DNA of 64,000 nt from positions 15,500,001-15,564,000 of the forward strand of contig OZ287748.1 in NCBI GenBank assembly GCA_965649765.1. Reading direction: 5' to 3'. This stretch comes from Bispira polyomma (taxonomy: Eukaryota). This document shows positions 1-14,090 of the stretch, one piece after another; the first letter of the stretch is position 1, and each line of letters begins with the position of its first letter. The notes beneath the pieces were generated by a model, which did not search any database, was not told the DNA's origin, and was given only the letters and a program-made list of their open reading frames with translations. The translations under genes and the position numbers were made by a program.

Positions 1-314
1 AGCAATGTACTTCTGCAGCAAACGGTGGTTCTTATAATCTTTGTTATTGTTTTTGGTCACATACTGTCACTCAAGATGTCGGTTGTTGGAGTGTGATGAA
101 GAACGTTTTGCACACAGTATATACATATTTACAGTTTGTATGTGATGCTGCAGGTTATTTGGTTGACATTGGTAAAGTGTACTTAAGTAATTGATGTTTG
201 GTTCTTGGCATTTGATTGTTTTATACTCACATTTTAGTTATAGGAATTTAGATATAAATAATGCATAGATTTATTATGGCATGTTATTTATTTACATTCT
301 GTAAATATATTAGT

Positions 315-425
315 TTGAATTTTAATTTGGATATTTAACGTCCAATCTAGTACCTTAAATTCGGTTATATTGGGATGGGTAGTTGGAACACTGGAGGAAA
401 CACTGCATAAAGTTAGTCAAGGTTC
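315..425 (-). mobile_element. 3' fragment of the window's tRNA-derived SINE family
   Basis: ttggatatttaacgtcc...ggttatattggga...ctggaggaaacactgcata...tcaaggttc matches the reverse complement of the 3' half of the copy at 5899..6159. Confidence 0.8.
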
Positions 426-3249
426 AAGGTGGGAAGTATTTAAGTTTAACTGTAAATAGTTTTGTAACTTATTTGATGATAATTTGCAACGTACTTGTCA
501 AGTGACATTTGGTAGGAATAGTTTCTGTAATTACATTTGCGTCTGGCCAATAAAGTTTATGGTATTGAATGTATTTCATTTATTGCACTTTAGCAAAGAT
601 AATTTATTGTAATTTACAGATGTTTCCTTTGAGGTGTTTGGTGTCATTTAGAGTCAGTTTTGCGGGTGTGTTACCACAGCCAGCTTCACTTGTGTTGCTT
701 TAAGTTTTATTCAAGAATAGACAAGTTTTATTCAAGTGTTTCACTGTGTTTGTCTTCCTCCCCTGTTTCTATCCAGAGTGGAGTCAAGGACAAGGCTCAC
801 CAGGAGAGGAGACAGTTACACTCTGTAACTTCTGACTGATGTCGCTCGAATTGTTACAGATATGTGTAAGTCCTTCTTCTGGGAAAACATCTACAGTAGT
901 TGTAGTTTGTCATAACACGCAAGATACCTTTATGTAGCTATTTACAGCCTGTGGAGCCGTTTATTCAAGTTGATTGAGCTGGACAAGTGGTTTATCTCTT
1001 TTACTATTTCTGCATGATAATTGCAATAATTTAATTTACATGATAATTTAGACTCTGCATTACTGCTATATTTAAGACTGTTTCAGATCTGTACTTCATG
1101 TTACCTATTATTAAGTGTAGTTTTGAGAAAAGTAATATGTGGGCAAATGTTTGTATTCAGCCGGGGTGGTAAAGTAATATTTATAGTTTATGATTAATTT
1201 ATTGCTTATACCATTTTGATCAGTCACATGTCATTTGAAAAGCAGATATCACTGCAGAAGATTAAATCCCACAACATTTGTGTGCACATAGTACTTTAAT
1301 GTGATATTTAATTTAATATTTTTAAAGGGGTATCAAGTTGTCTTGTTTTTGTGATATTTCATTGATGTGATGTTTAGTCACAATGAATTTATTTTAACTG
1401 TGCTGGACAAAACATTTACTTAATGATGCTTTTATGTTCTGCATATATTTTTCTGCTTGTGATTCCATGAATTTATTTGCATCACAATTTTGGTTCTGAT
1501 ATTTTGCATTTAAATTGTCAGATTGAATGCTGATATGCGAATACATGTTTTGTGCTAGGGTGTATGTTTAATGCACTTATTCATTTAGATGGCAGTCGAG
1601 TTGCACTTGAAGTTCAAGGTTTATTGCGATAAAATGTACAGTTTGGATTTTATTGCAATATAGTGTACAAGTCTAAGGTGCGGAATTGTAAGAATTTATT
1701 GCGTTAAAATGTACTAACCCAGGTTTAGTGGGTCTCAAAGTAGAGCTTAGTATTTTTAACTTGATGATATTTACGCATATAGTAGGAAGGCTGAATTTTG
1801 AAATCACTGTTTTTCTTTTGTCTAATGTCAACCTTATGTTGAATCGAAAAGCTGATATTACATCTGCAGAGCTGAATTAATCAAGAAACAGTTGTGGTAA
1901 ACTGGTATTATAGTCCATGGTTAGATAGTGGAGTCAGGTGGCTGTTGGTTTTTTAACCTTGATTTTCACTATTTACACAGTAGATCTTTGGTGTACAACC
2001 GATTGAAATCGTTTGAAGGGATAGTTGGGTAAACTTATAAAAAAGCACGATGTCGGGGTCTAATATTATCTACGTCGGAAGCTTAGGACCCGGGTTTATA
2101 ACATTGAAAGTTTGTCAGGTGTTATAACCAGAAGGAGACCCAGCAGAAGTTATTCTGGAGGTAATAATGCAAGGTGACACCGCTTTGTTTGTGGTGTTTA
2201 CAGATCAGCAGTTGACTGAGGTTATTGCTCATCGGTGCCAACGGAAATCCCTAATTGGTGGTGCTGGTATTGTCTCTAGAGTTGCAGCAAATACTGATGA
2301 AACTTAAACCAGGTCTATGTGGTGCTGTAGGCCAGAGTACTACAGTTACGAGATGGCGGGAACTAAATCCTGGTTCGAATGTGACCTCTAGGCTGAGTGA
2401 CATACTGGAAGCCATATGTGGTGAATGCCGTTTCCATGAGACCCTTAAGTTGCCAAATTTAGGTAAATTCTTTAAGGAAAATTAGGAATTTCAAAAGGTT
2501 AATACAACCCACTACTGAAGTACCTAAATAGATGTAAACAAGCTGATGTCATCAGGGGTTGCTATATTTAGATGGGTTATGTACGGAGAGATATAAGGTG
2601 GGATCTTTGTGGTGTGATCTTCCTTAGCCAATAGGGATCCTGGTAACAGATGGGAGTTAGTCAGGTGGGCAAGCCATGCTGGATCTGGGTTCTCTTTCTT
2701 ATTGGGGAACAAAGGGACTGGATGTGTTTTTGTGTTTGAGCTATAGCTTAATAAAGGTAGGTTCATACTTATGATGACTTAGTAAGTAATAATAACATAT
2801 TTGGTAGGGATAAGGGGGTTTGGGGTGAGTTTCATTATATTTAAATATCATTATACCCAATTTTAACCAAATAGTTAGTAAGCATGGGGATAAAGTTTGA
2901 CCTAGATATTGGGAGTTAACTGTCAATTTGATTTGGCCTATCTTGGTGATGAGTTTCTTCCTTAGTTATTTACATTGCAGTCATTTTATAATATCTTTCG
3001 CCTCATTCATTTAGTGATACTTGTAGTATACCTGAATACTTTGTTTTCCTCTCCCCTTCTTGTGGGGGTTGGGTACCCCTTATGGGTAGGTGGACACATG
3101 GAGAAGTATCACTATCATTTCATCTATTATAAGCAGTTTTAACCACCACTCTGTTGGGCTACAACAGCCAAGGAATAGATATTTCTAGTCCCAAGGAGGC
3201 AGGTGAGGAGCCGGCCAGATTCTTGTGGGAGACTAGCTGGGTTACCCCG

Positions 3250-5130
3250 TATTGTTTGGCTGCGACAGCGGTGGGACCATGTATGGTGAATGTACCTATT
3301 CAAATGTTGACATTTCAATCTTGGCCATAATTCATATTGGTAGGTGGCTTGTAACTTTGACCTTGACCTTGAACTTTAATCACCCCTTTGTTTCCCAGTC
3401 CCAGTATTTGTTGACCGTACCCATGATGTGGTTGGAAGTTCCAGGGACCCTGTCTATACATATACCATCCCAGGACTTCGCCTTATGGTACAGAGAAGCA
3501 TATATGAGAGGACAAATATGATTGAACACCTCATTTCAATATAAGGTTGGATAAGGTTTAAGTAATGGGGCGGACAGGAGTGATAGTAGACCAGAAACAG
3601 CAGTTGAAAGCAGTCATGGGTGCTCCAGCTGCAGGTCAAGGGATGAACCCAACTTGGTTCAGAGGTGATGAGTCCAGGGTTGGAAGTGTTCATACACCAG
3701 TGGGCAATCCCCGAGTAGTGAACCCGTTTCCTGCACCTGTGAGAAACATGCCATCTTCTTCAACACTTAGTGATGAACATTCATTTCAGTTTTGTTACTC
3801 CAATACTAATCACAACATTAGGGTGAGTACATTTTCGGGTTCCTCAAAAGATTGCTCCTTTAAACAGCTCAGGTATGACGTGCAGTGTCTGGTCAAACAG
3901 GGATGTCCTGAAGGTATGATTCTGACGGCAATTAAAAGATCTATCAAAGGACAAGCGCAGAAAATTATATTGCACATGGGTGAGGATGTAACTGTTGCCG
4001 ATATCTTGAGTTGGTTCAACATGATATTTGGGGATGTGGGGAGGTTAAGGTTTATCAAGTGCAGACAGAGATGTCACCGGTCATTAAACAAGGTTTTGAT
4101 TAGATTTTGACTTTTAACTAACGTGGTATCTAACAATGAGCAACCAAAATCGAGGCCGGGGTATAACCCCAACTTTTAAAACCAGGGGCCGAGAAAAATA
4201 TCTGTTCGTTGTTTCGAATGCCATCAGTTCGGACATTTTGCCAGGAATTGTCATTTAAACGCCAGGGAATCGGGAAGTGGGAGGGGTCTGACTACTCATT
4301 GACAATCTACCAAAGAATGGTACACACTGTGATTGGAAAAGCCAATGGTCATCAACGACAAGCAGGTTTCAGCTCTTTTGGATACAGGTTCAATGGTTAA
4401 CACCATATCTTCCAGTTTTGATGTGGCAAATGGGTTACCATACGGAGTGTTAGCCACACCAAGCGTAAGCTTGTTTTTGCCAGGAAGGACTAGGACAAAG
4501 TTGCCAGTGGAGCTTATGAACCACCTTTCTTAGGATGTGGTTATTCCTGCTAAGGCCAGAATTTGTGACTTATACAGCACTTAGAATGTGGATTTTTTGG
4601 AGACTAAGGATGATAGCAATGTTATTGTTGAAGTCTGTGTTTTCATTGCACGACTTGGATCATGGATTGACCGACTAGTCTGTCAAACGCATTCGTCTAA
4701 AGGGCGACACTCCATTCAAGGAAAGGCCACGGCCAATTCCCTCTTCTATGTTTGAAGAGGTGAGGAAACACTTGAAGGAGATAGAGACTCTTGGCGTGAT
4801 TAGGACAAGTCAGAGTCCATATTCATCCAATGTTGTGATAGTGTGCAAGAAAACTGGAGTGCTGAGATTTTGTCTGGACATGAGAATTTTGAACTCTAAA
4901 ACAATTGCGGACTCCTGCAGCTTACCACAATTAGATTCCACTTTAGATGGTCTGTCGGAGCCAAGTGATTCACTGTACCAAAATCAGGATATTGGCAAGT
5001 TCCTTTGGCATTCATGGTTCAAGGTGAGTCATCTTGAAATACAAAGAATGGGACAGGAAAGGCCTCACAGATTTGGATGCAGCTTTTTACAGCTTGTGGG
5101 GACAATAGGGTGTATGAGTAGCATTAAATA
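3250..5130 (+). mobile_element. Decayed Ty3/Gypsy LTR retrotransposon internal region (gag, zinc knuckle, protease, RT start)
   Basis: PNMA/Gag-like ORF 3565..4110 (FSG...FKQLRYDVQCL...AIKRSIKGQA); CCHC knuckle CFECHQFGHFARNC from 4210; slippery T_TTA_AAC 4254..4260; protease ALLDTGS about 4372..4392; RT start SPYSSNVVIV..K.G.LRFCLD.R.LN 4748..4900; PBS-like tggctgcgacagcggtggga about 3257..3277; many stops, frameshifts and deletions; LTRs not resolved. Confidence 0.85.
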
Positions 5131-5898
5131 GTGTAGTGACTATTTATTCACCCACACCGTAGGGGATTAAGGGAGTCCAAATCTGGCAGTCAAATACATA
5201 CTCCCCTGTGAAATACTTGCTCCTCAGGCCCACTCTAGTCTTGTTATTACTGATTTGCTCTCTTAGTCTGGAATTAGAGCAATAGGTGTTTGGGTTGGTT
5301 GACTTCTTATTTTTATTGTGTGTGTTCAGTCTTTAACTTGTGATTAATGTGATCTACTTCGACGGCAATCATTAGTGCGGAAATGTAAAACTTGTGGTAT
5401 ACTTTGTTATGAGTAGTCTTTAGAGAATCAACGAAAGCAACTCCAACTGGATGCTAGAAAGCAGCCGTAAAAGGAATGGAATGAAGTTGGACAGGAGCTT
5501 TACAGAGCTAGATTGGTGTTTAACGGGGTGGCATGTGATTTGTGTACATTCATGAGGCAGAAGAACCAGGGAGAATTTAAGTAAATGTTAACAGTGACGG
5601 CAAACATAGCCGTCATCAAAAGGTAAATTGTAACGTTGCTTCCTACCAGAAGATTGCTCTTTGTTTTCCAACTCATTCAGCCTTGCATCAAAGTCATTAT
5701 GCATTAGATTGAGTTTGCTCTCTAAGGACTCAAGTTTGGCCAATATTGCTGCATCTCTCTGACTTCTGTCAGCCTAGCATCAAAACCATAAAGAAACACA
5801 TAAATGCATTCAATTGAAACATATGTACATGAAAACGTCAGAATGCTTTGTTGCACACATTAAAGTTATTATTTCATTTAATTTCTAAAATGAAAACC

Positions 5899-6159
5899 GG
5901 GGCCGCGGTGGCCTAGTGGTTAGCAAGCATTGCGCTTCACAATCACTGGTCTCTCACCTCTGGGCGGTGTGAGTTCGAATCCCGTCGATGCCTATGTGGG
6001 AAAGGTGGTAGTTCCTTACTATGGGCCGCTGGTTTCAGTGCAGAACCTTGATCAACTGTATGCAGTGTTTCCTCCAGCGTCTCCAACTACCGGTCCCAAT
6101 ATAACCTAAACAGGTACTAGAGGGGACGTTAAATATCCAAATTAAAGTAAAGTGAACTG
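5899..6159 (+). mobile_element. Full-length tRNA-derived SINE
   Basis: A box TGGCCTAGTGG, B box GTTCGAATCC, A-rich tail, 11-bp TSD aaatgaaaacc (5888..5898 / 6160..6170); seven further copies in window. Confidence 0.92.
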
Positions 6160-7029
6160 AAATGAAAACCTTGTTTAGTCAGTGTCTCTTAATTAAAAAA
6201 AATTGCAAATGTTTCCAGCAGAACATCACTATGTTCAGCATTGACAACTATTTGATAAATAAAGCTACAATGTCATTATAACAGACCCAAATATTTTTTT
6301 AGATGTTCAGAATTAGATCCTAGTATTGTGTACAACGAAATATTTCAACAGTAAAAATCAAAAGGTATATTCAATGTTGGCTATATTAAAGTACGTTTAT
6401 TATGTATGCTTTAATGAACTGGTGAATTACATATAGATCTGAACATATAATTCACATGTATTACTAAGAGTTACCTTCTGGATGTATTTTTTAAAAACAA
6501 AGTACAGCTAGTTATCGAGATTTTGAAGTATCGAGTAATTGTACTCTATTTTCATTGTGAGTACACTGACTTACTTGAATTTAACACAAAAATGTATTGT
6601 GTATTAAGTATGTGTCTTATCTCCTACTCTTTTATGGGTTTAATGCCAGGAATAGGCGCATACTTTTTGATAATACTGGGTCTTATTAATGGAAAACTCT
6701 CCAGGTTTAATGTAATGGTAATCTTAACCTTCCATTGGCTCATTCTAGCTACACCATACAATTATCCAAATTTGCCTCACCAGCAATGTTATATGAGGCA
6801 TACAACTTTTTTATTGTCTGTTTGTGAGGTTCTGAAAGGGTTTGAAGTATTATATATAGATGATGTAAACTTTAGGACAACTGTCCTCTATATATAAAGT
6901 GCCAAGTGATTATTTTGCAGGCAATCAACCTGCCGGATTCTCTCTTGAGGTTTTATTTTTTGTGTCACTTTAGCCAACCCATGGTGCTTTTTTTCAGTTA
7001 CCCTATTCATTTGAAACATACACTAAATT

Positions 7030-7235
7030 AGTTGGCTGTAATATCGTTTTCAATACATTTTAGTTGGGAGTTCACTGGTGACGAAAAACAGAACAGGGTA
7101 TCTGGTCAAGGTTTTCTGCTCTGTAAACCGATCAGCAACCACCAACTTTTGTATACACACACCAGGGTCGAGATTCAAACCCATAATGGCAGAAGTTGGA
7201 GGTCAGCGTGTTATCATTACCTCAATGAACCCCTC
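7030..7235 (-). mobile_element. Older, diverged SINE related to the main family
   Basis: tcaaggttttctgctctgtaaacc resembles the family core tcaaggttctgcactgaaacc; minus-strand B-box-like ggtttgaatctc. Confidence 0.5.
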
Positions 7236-8319
7236 CCTAAGCGAGATACTAAGTTACAGTTATTATACTTGAGAACAGTACTGTTAATAATACCAAACAA
7301 TATTCTTTGAAGAAGTAATAATTTGCAATTTAGTGAATATATTTTAGTGAATTATAAACATTAACTTTAAGTAAATATATTTTAGTGAATTATAAAAAAA
7401 AAAAAATTATAAGCATCAATCTACAAAAATACTCACATTAGTGAAGGTCAATACGGATAACAAGCACAGCCAATATAGAGTCATTATGGCTTAATTGTAA
7501 AGTCACAACTGTGATATCATGCAATAAATTGTACACTAGGTTCATGGGAATTAACAGCTTTGTCTACTAAAGTCAGTTCACTACACTTGTTATCACTTCA
7601 ATGTGACACATATTTGATATGTTAACCTTAGAAAAGCTGTTAAATTACAACTGAGGATTATTTCATCGATAAATTTGTAAGTCACTGCAAAATACATGCC
7701 AACAGAATTGTCTATTTATCATAACCCAATCAAATAAATAAGTCACTAATTGACCTAGGCGGTTTCTCTCATTTACCAGTATATGGTCATTATAGTCTAA
7801 AAACCAAAGAGTTAACAAGTGTTTTTCTGGCCCTCCCTTCACCCAAAAATCTGCTACAAACATTGTATATGTTATTTGTATTATAAAACTTGTTTCTTCT
7901 AGTTTTTACGTAACTAGTTAAACTGCATGTATATATGCACTCTGTTGAACTTTAGCAATTTAAAATTTACCACTGGTTTTGAACCCAGAGCCGTGTCAGG
8001 ACTGGTCAAGTCCCATATCCTCCACCATGACATTCCGATTTTAAGGGATGCCATGGTGGTTCAGAGCTCTGAGGCGCTGGACTAGGCCCTGTTGGGCGAC
8101 TTGCTGCCACAGGCCCTGGGTTCCATTTTCAGCCATCGCAGTTGTTCTTTTTAAACTTAATGTCATTTATATATGTTATAAACCTTATGTTTCTTGTAGT
8201 TTGATGCAACTAGTATAAATCCATGTCTATGTTTATATGTATTCTCTAGTTTCTTTAGCAACTTTTGCTATTGATGTATATATTATTACATTGGTTTGGC
8301 AAATTTTAAGTGACTAATG

Positions 8320-9260
8320 ATATGATAGATTTTTAACACACCTAATTGATGTCAGGCATCTTGTAAAGCACACCATCATTGACAAAGTTGTTAAAATCGT
8401 TTTCAATGCAAATTCTCAATTGGGGGTGGCGTGGAGGAAAAGGAAATCTATGGAGGATAAGTGAGGGTGCAGAGATAGGTATTAAGGTTACTCCTAAAGC
8501 CAGAGAGAGTTTCCTGGGATCGTATGGGTTGGTAAATTATTCCATATGCTAGGTGCTGCAACAGATAAGGCATAATACCCAATCTGTTTACTGGTTCTAG
8601 TCTCAGAGACTTAAATTCTGTTTCCCCTTGTAAGCCTGCTGCAGGACAACAATGAGGCAAATATGGGGGCTGACTAAGGTTTACAGTTATGTATGTAGTT
8701 ACATTGGTCTTGGAAATGATGCGGTACTTGACAGGTATAGAATTGAGCCTTTTGAGGAAAAGAGTCGTACTGACACAAGACCCAACAGGACAGACAACTC
8801 TGCACAAGTGATGCTGGATTGACTGTAGCCCTTGGAGATGGTACTTTTTTAGTCCAAGAAGCACAGAATTGCAGTTGTCCAATAGACTGCTGATGAGTGC
8901 ATTTTCTCTGAACATGGCAGTTTGATAGGATAGGTGTTTTCTGATTCTCTTAACGTCACAAATATGAAGGTAGCAAGATCAACACATATTAAAAATATGA
9001 TCGTCGAAGAAACAGCAGGAGTCAATAGTGATTCCAAACTCTTTACTCTATTAGCAGGGAGTACGCCATTGCTGAGTAGGTTTATATGAAACAGTGATTC
9101 CAGTTTATCCCAGTCTTTTTTAGAGTCAATTAGTCTAAATCTGTTTTGTCAAGATTGTGTTTGGCAGTAGTCGAGACTGGCAAGGATGCTGATTTAATGC
9201 ATTTGTTATCGTTAATTATAGGTAGATTTGGGTGACATCAGCATACATGGGATGTTTGAT
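8320..9260 (-). mobile_element. L2/CR1-clade LINE 3' fragment (end of RT, C-terminus, tail)
   Basis: YADVTQIY, ALISSLLDNCNSVLLG..K..LQ.LQ.IQ, L..IPVKYRI..K, F...L.TYL motifs; tail shared with 33960..34050, 36030..36110, 46100..46160. Confidence 0.88.
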
Positions 9261-11149
9261 ATTGAGTTTGTCAATAACATAATTCAGAGGAGAGGTGAAA
9301 AGAATAATGGGAGGGTCCCAGGGAAAGATGCATGTCAGAGCAGTAACTTTACCTTTGTCAATATGTCTTTACATATCCACTATTTTCAAAGAGTATACAC
9401 TTATTTCTGTCAAAAAAAAACCAGTAATAATAACGGTTGGGGTGTAATTCAAGTAGGTTAGTGATCTCTAAAATAAAGTACTCAATACGTCATGACCTGG
9501 CTAACTGCACTCTATTTTTGTAACTGTATCAGAGTACCATTTGTTGGATCTTCAATAGGATGTGTGCCACAGAGTATGCCTGGACATTTTTAAATCTTGG
9601 TGACTTAGTCAACAGGGCTGACCTCAGATCAAACGTCAAACCATAAGGTTAACACAATGAAAACACCAGCATATACCAATTTTGAGAATTTATTTCTATA
9701 TTAATACATTACAACTTGAGAGTTGTCATTTACTGGAGGGTGGGAGGGTAACTTTTTTTCAATTTTTTTTTCCACTTCAATTCAATTGGACATGTTATAC
9801 AAAGGTTCATTGCTATAATAATTATCTTATTTTTTTATTCTCAAGAGTATATAATATTAAGATTGTTTTTACAGATTTTCTAACGCGACTACAGAATAGG
9901 GGTCAGATAAAATTTTCACATTTTACAAATAAAATTGACAAATAACAATATCAAACAATCAAACTTAGACTGTGAACCGTATGCAAATACATAGGTCTGT
10001 TCAAACTAACACCTTTACATATTACCCAGTAAGACTGACAAATTTTTAGTAAATAAATGAAGCTTATACCACCCTTTTTTTTGGACTTTGGTTTAAATGG
10101 GATGCATAGGTTCCTTGAGTGCCAGAGGCCGTTTCTTTGAATATATTCTTTTTTTTAAACATTTTTACAACTATATTTAAACGTGGTTTAATGCAAATAT
10201 AAGTAATACTCATACTCTTAGTAAATGTCAGGGAAATGTGATAATTAATTTAAGTCCACCTTAATTTTATTTCTCACATACACCTAACCTTAAACTCAGG
10301 TTATGGTGACTTTAAATGAAAAATTGGTCTGACACGCCATACATGTAACTTAAACTCAAGTTAAATAACTAATATTCCCAACGGTTGCTTGTCATTCACA
10401 AGGTCTACCAAAAATTAACTTCTTGTTAGAGGGGCATTGTATAATATAGATGCTATTCAAAGCCCTGTACAAGTATATGAGCATTTTCAGTTTTCACAAG
10501 TATTTCAAAAGCTTTCATTATCCTTTCTAAGGATGTAAAAGGAGATAATACAATTTGATATAAAAGACATACTGCATGTAGGTCAGATGTATTAATATTT
10601 AATATATTAAATAGTTAATAGTTAGAAATGAATATTTAATTCTATTTTACTTTTTCAAAGTGATCTGATCCCAGTGGGGAAAAGTATAAAAAAAAACAAC
10701 AAAATGTCGTCACAAGACAAATTTCCAGGTGTGTTTTTAAAACATCATCTTTTTAAAACGATACACTTACTCCGCTTCCGTAAACAGGCCCTCTTCTACT
10801 TTGGCTTGGTATTTCGGCCTCAAATCACCGAATTTTTTTCTCCTTTTCAAGTGACATAAAAACAACAGTAAGAAGTCGCCATTAAGAGTAATTTAAGACA
10901 GTTTGTCCAGCAGTCCACTTCAGGGGCCTGCTGTCTCAGTTACCCTCCTGTTCAAATACACTTTTACAAAAATATTCTTGTGCTAAAAATGTACTTCTCT
11001 CTAATTAGGTATGCAGCCAATCATTGATTAGACCCCCTTGAATTAGCAGGGGCATCCCCACATCCACTCTCCATTTTGGGAAAAGATATCCAAGGGTAAA
11101 CAAGCATTTTACTGAAATTGGACATACAGTGATTAATTTTCAATGGTTT

Positions 11150-12720
11150 TATATTTACAAAAAGCTTATGGGGGTTTTGGTGGGCTTTTATATATATTCA
11201 CAACTGATTTGCCGCCTTTTTTTAGAAGGTGGGAACCCCAATGCCTAGGCTTCCCCCCCCCCCCTCACACCCCTCTACACTGGTACCCTCTGGCACTCTT
11301 GTACATTGACAATTTACATTTGTATACATACACATATCACACAATATGGATTTCTAGAAAATTTGCTATTCCAAAAAAACTGTACTAATAACTGGCTGTC
11401 AGTTTTGAGACTCTTTTTGGTGGTTTCGAGCTTTGCCATTACCCTTACAGTGAATTTCCTTATGGTTTTGTATTTTCTTTCCCTGACTGTAGCACTTAGC
11501 ACAGGCATGCGTCAATAACATGCTGCCAAAAACATTGTCTTCCCCCTGACTGCAAGTACCCCTGTTGTAAGCATTACACATTACTGTATTTGTTTTTGCC
11601 TTCATTTTTTGAGAACTGCTAGAGCCACTTGAACTATCATGCGGACTAGCATCCTTAAGGTTTACGCTGTGTAAGCCTAGACCTTAATTCATGTATCTCA
11701 AGTCAAGTCTTTCCAATCCGCCTTTCCCTTTTCCATTTCCAATAATACCTGACAGTGGGTGCTTTTTATTGTATACCACGAGGTCTCTAGCCCATCCCGC
11801 ATAAGCTGCATCCCATATTTAAGCCTGTTATCCCTAAGGTTCTTATTCTTTTCCTCATGAGTACAGCCTCAATAGTCCTGAAACCATATAAGTGGTGTTA
11901 ACTTCTTATAAGAAGGTTGTTTTTTACAAGAAATATTGTAACACAATTTATGAGGTCAACTTATCAAACGCTTTACAGTGTGTTCAGAGGTTCTTTGTAG
12001 GCCAGATTTTAGTTTCTTACCACTTTCTGGTGAGTGCAGTACATGAGATCTATACTTGTGCAGTCTCTTGTCGACTTGGGCCTGGATGCTCTCACTGCTT
12101 TTGAGAAACCGCTGACTGGGCAGGACCATGTCCTCGAGTTCTTCATAATCCGCCTGGTAATCCAAGTCATAGGAGTTCCTGGATTATATCCCTGTTGCCC
12201 AGGTGAAATGTGGTATGGTTTATCACGAATGAGGCTTTTATCTGATCTACAATAGTCCTGGTCTTTCTTAACCTCATTCATTTTGCCTTCTAACCTGTTC
12301 AACTTGTTCAATTTTGATTGTTCTACCCCCCCCCCCCCACCCCGCCTGCAGGTACCAGCACCTGAGAAGGGGCCCCCCTGCTGGCCCTGGAATTGATACT
12401 GTCGTCCCACCAGACGCTGATGAACGATCCTGCAATTCTTGCACATCGCCATTTTATAAGGCATATTTATTCCAACTAAAACAGTCTTATGAAATTGTCA
12501 CTTGTAGCTTTCCCAGAAACATATAGGTTGGGGATACTGCAGGTTATGCTTGTAAAGAGCAAATTTAAATAAATAATTTGAATTTGGAAGAATAAAATTG
12601 AATAAAACCTGCAAAGCGTGGAAATTAAGGAGTTTGAAGTCCCTCAATGAAAGCCTTAAAAGCCAAGCATAAATTGCAGTTTCCACTTGAAGAACTCTCT
12701 CTCCAAGCACACTTTAATGA
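11150..12720 (-). mobile_element. Deleted Ngaro/DIRS-order YR retrotransposon relic (gag only)
   Basis: N-terminal CKNC..H.R.VGR finger (12452), KLKSG motif (about 12000), C-terminal CNAYN.GTC...HAC.KC...H finger (11399..11605); same layout as gag of 50091..56800. Confidence 0.75.
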
Positions 12721-14090
12721 CACCTATTGCCCCCTTACAGGGGTATTTATACCCATAGTCACTCTCTATTGATTATAGGGCTACACCATTTATGAAACAG
12801 AGGGGAGGGGATGATGGGTTTATGACTTAAGGTAGTAAGGTGGCCTCCTCGGACTGACCTTAAGTGCTGCCCAGCTTATACGCAATGTGTTCATCGACAA
12901 ACGTTTAGGCATGGTCGAAACGAGGGGCTCTTACAACTCCACACCTCTTAACTCACCCCAGCACCGGAATGATACCATTCTTGACCTGGGTAGTCATGTG
13001 CTGCCATCCCGGGCAGCACTACAACAACCACTGCCAGTATATCAACCTCAACAGATTGCTAACGTCCAGCCTGTCATCCAGCCATGTACGGTTGCAGTAC
13101 AACAACCGCTGCCAGTATACCACCCACAACAAATGCCTGGTATCCAGCCGGTCTCAACTCACGAGATGCCATCAGTCCTCATACCGACTGAAAATGAGGC
13201 CAGACGTGACAGCTGCCATCAACCAAAGACTGGCTGTGTATTATGTTTAATTGAGACAAGACCTGTCCCAAGGTTTGCCATCCACCTTCGGCCAGAAATC
13301 TGTATAGTGCAGACCCCCAGTCACGCTGGGCCAACAAAAGATTGCTGGGTGGCACTGCCCGGAAGCTACCCCAGTATTATAAACTGTTGCTTGCTCAATG
13401 GGCTGCTGGCCAAATGTCTAATATTGCCCAATTATCTGACACGACCACCATGTGGCATATGCCTAACTAGGTAATATACTTTCTTAGAGATGCAGCTTCC
13501 CCCCTGGCCGGCAGTCAGATTGGCATGGCCGTTAAATATGCAGGATGTGGCGGAAGGCCGGTTGAAGTCGGACAACTCAACCCAGTGGGCATTGAATCGA
13601 CTCAGGACATCCCAGTTAGTTATCGCCAACCCACAGGTAATGCAGCAGTTGCAGTCACAGAAACTGAAAACTGCCTGCAAGTATTATAACAAAGATACAT
13701 GTAACCACGACAGCAACCACAACCAATATAGGCTTATCTGCAATCACTGTCACCATGTGTTAAACAAAAATAACAACCATCTGGAATTTAAATATGTGAA
13801 AGTTAATACATCAAAGCAGGCAACTGATTCTAAGTTGCTAACCAGTTAGAAACTCGAGGTACGACCAATAGACAGAACAATCAGAAAGAGTAGTGTATGT
13901 AACAGTAATAGTGATATAATGACTCTTGACTTAAATATGATTAATGTTAAAAATGTAACTAATAAGGTAGAAAAATGTAAGTTTATGAATGCAGGTATCA
14001 GTCAGGAACAGTGTTCCACACTTGAAATTCAAAAGTATTAAATGTTTAACAGTGTTCCCATTTCAGATAACAGCAAGTATTGATTGAACT

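Noticed and set aside
1-3250. Paired Gypsy LTR
   Set aside because: LTR-like T-rich sequence with ...TTAC(C)A ends is present, but I could not match it to the 5130..5640 region.
5899-5990. Genuine tRNA gene
   Set aside because: No proper cloverleaf; it continues into a repeated body and tail with TSDs, so it is a SINE head.
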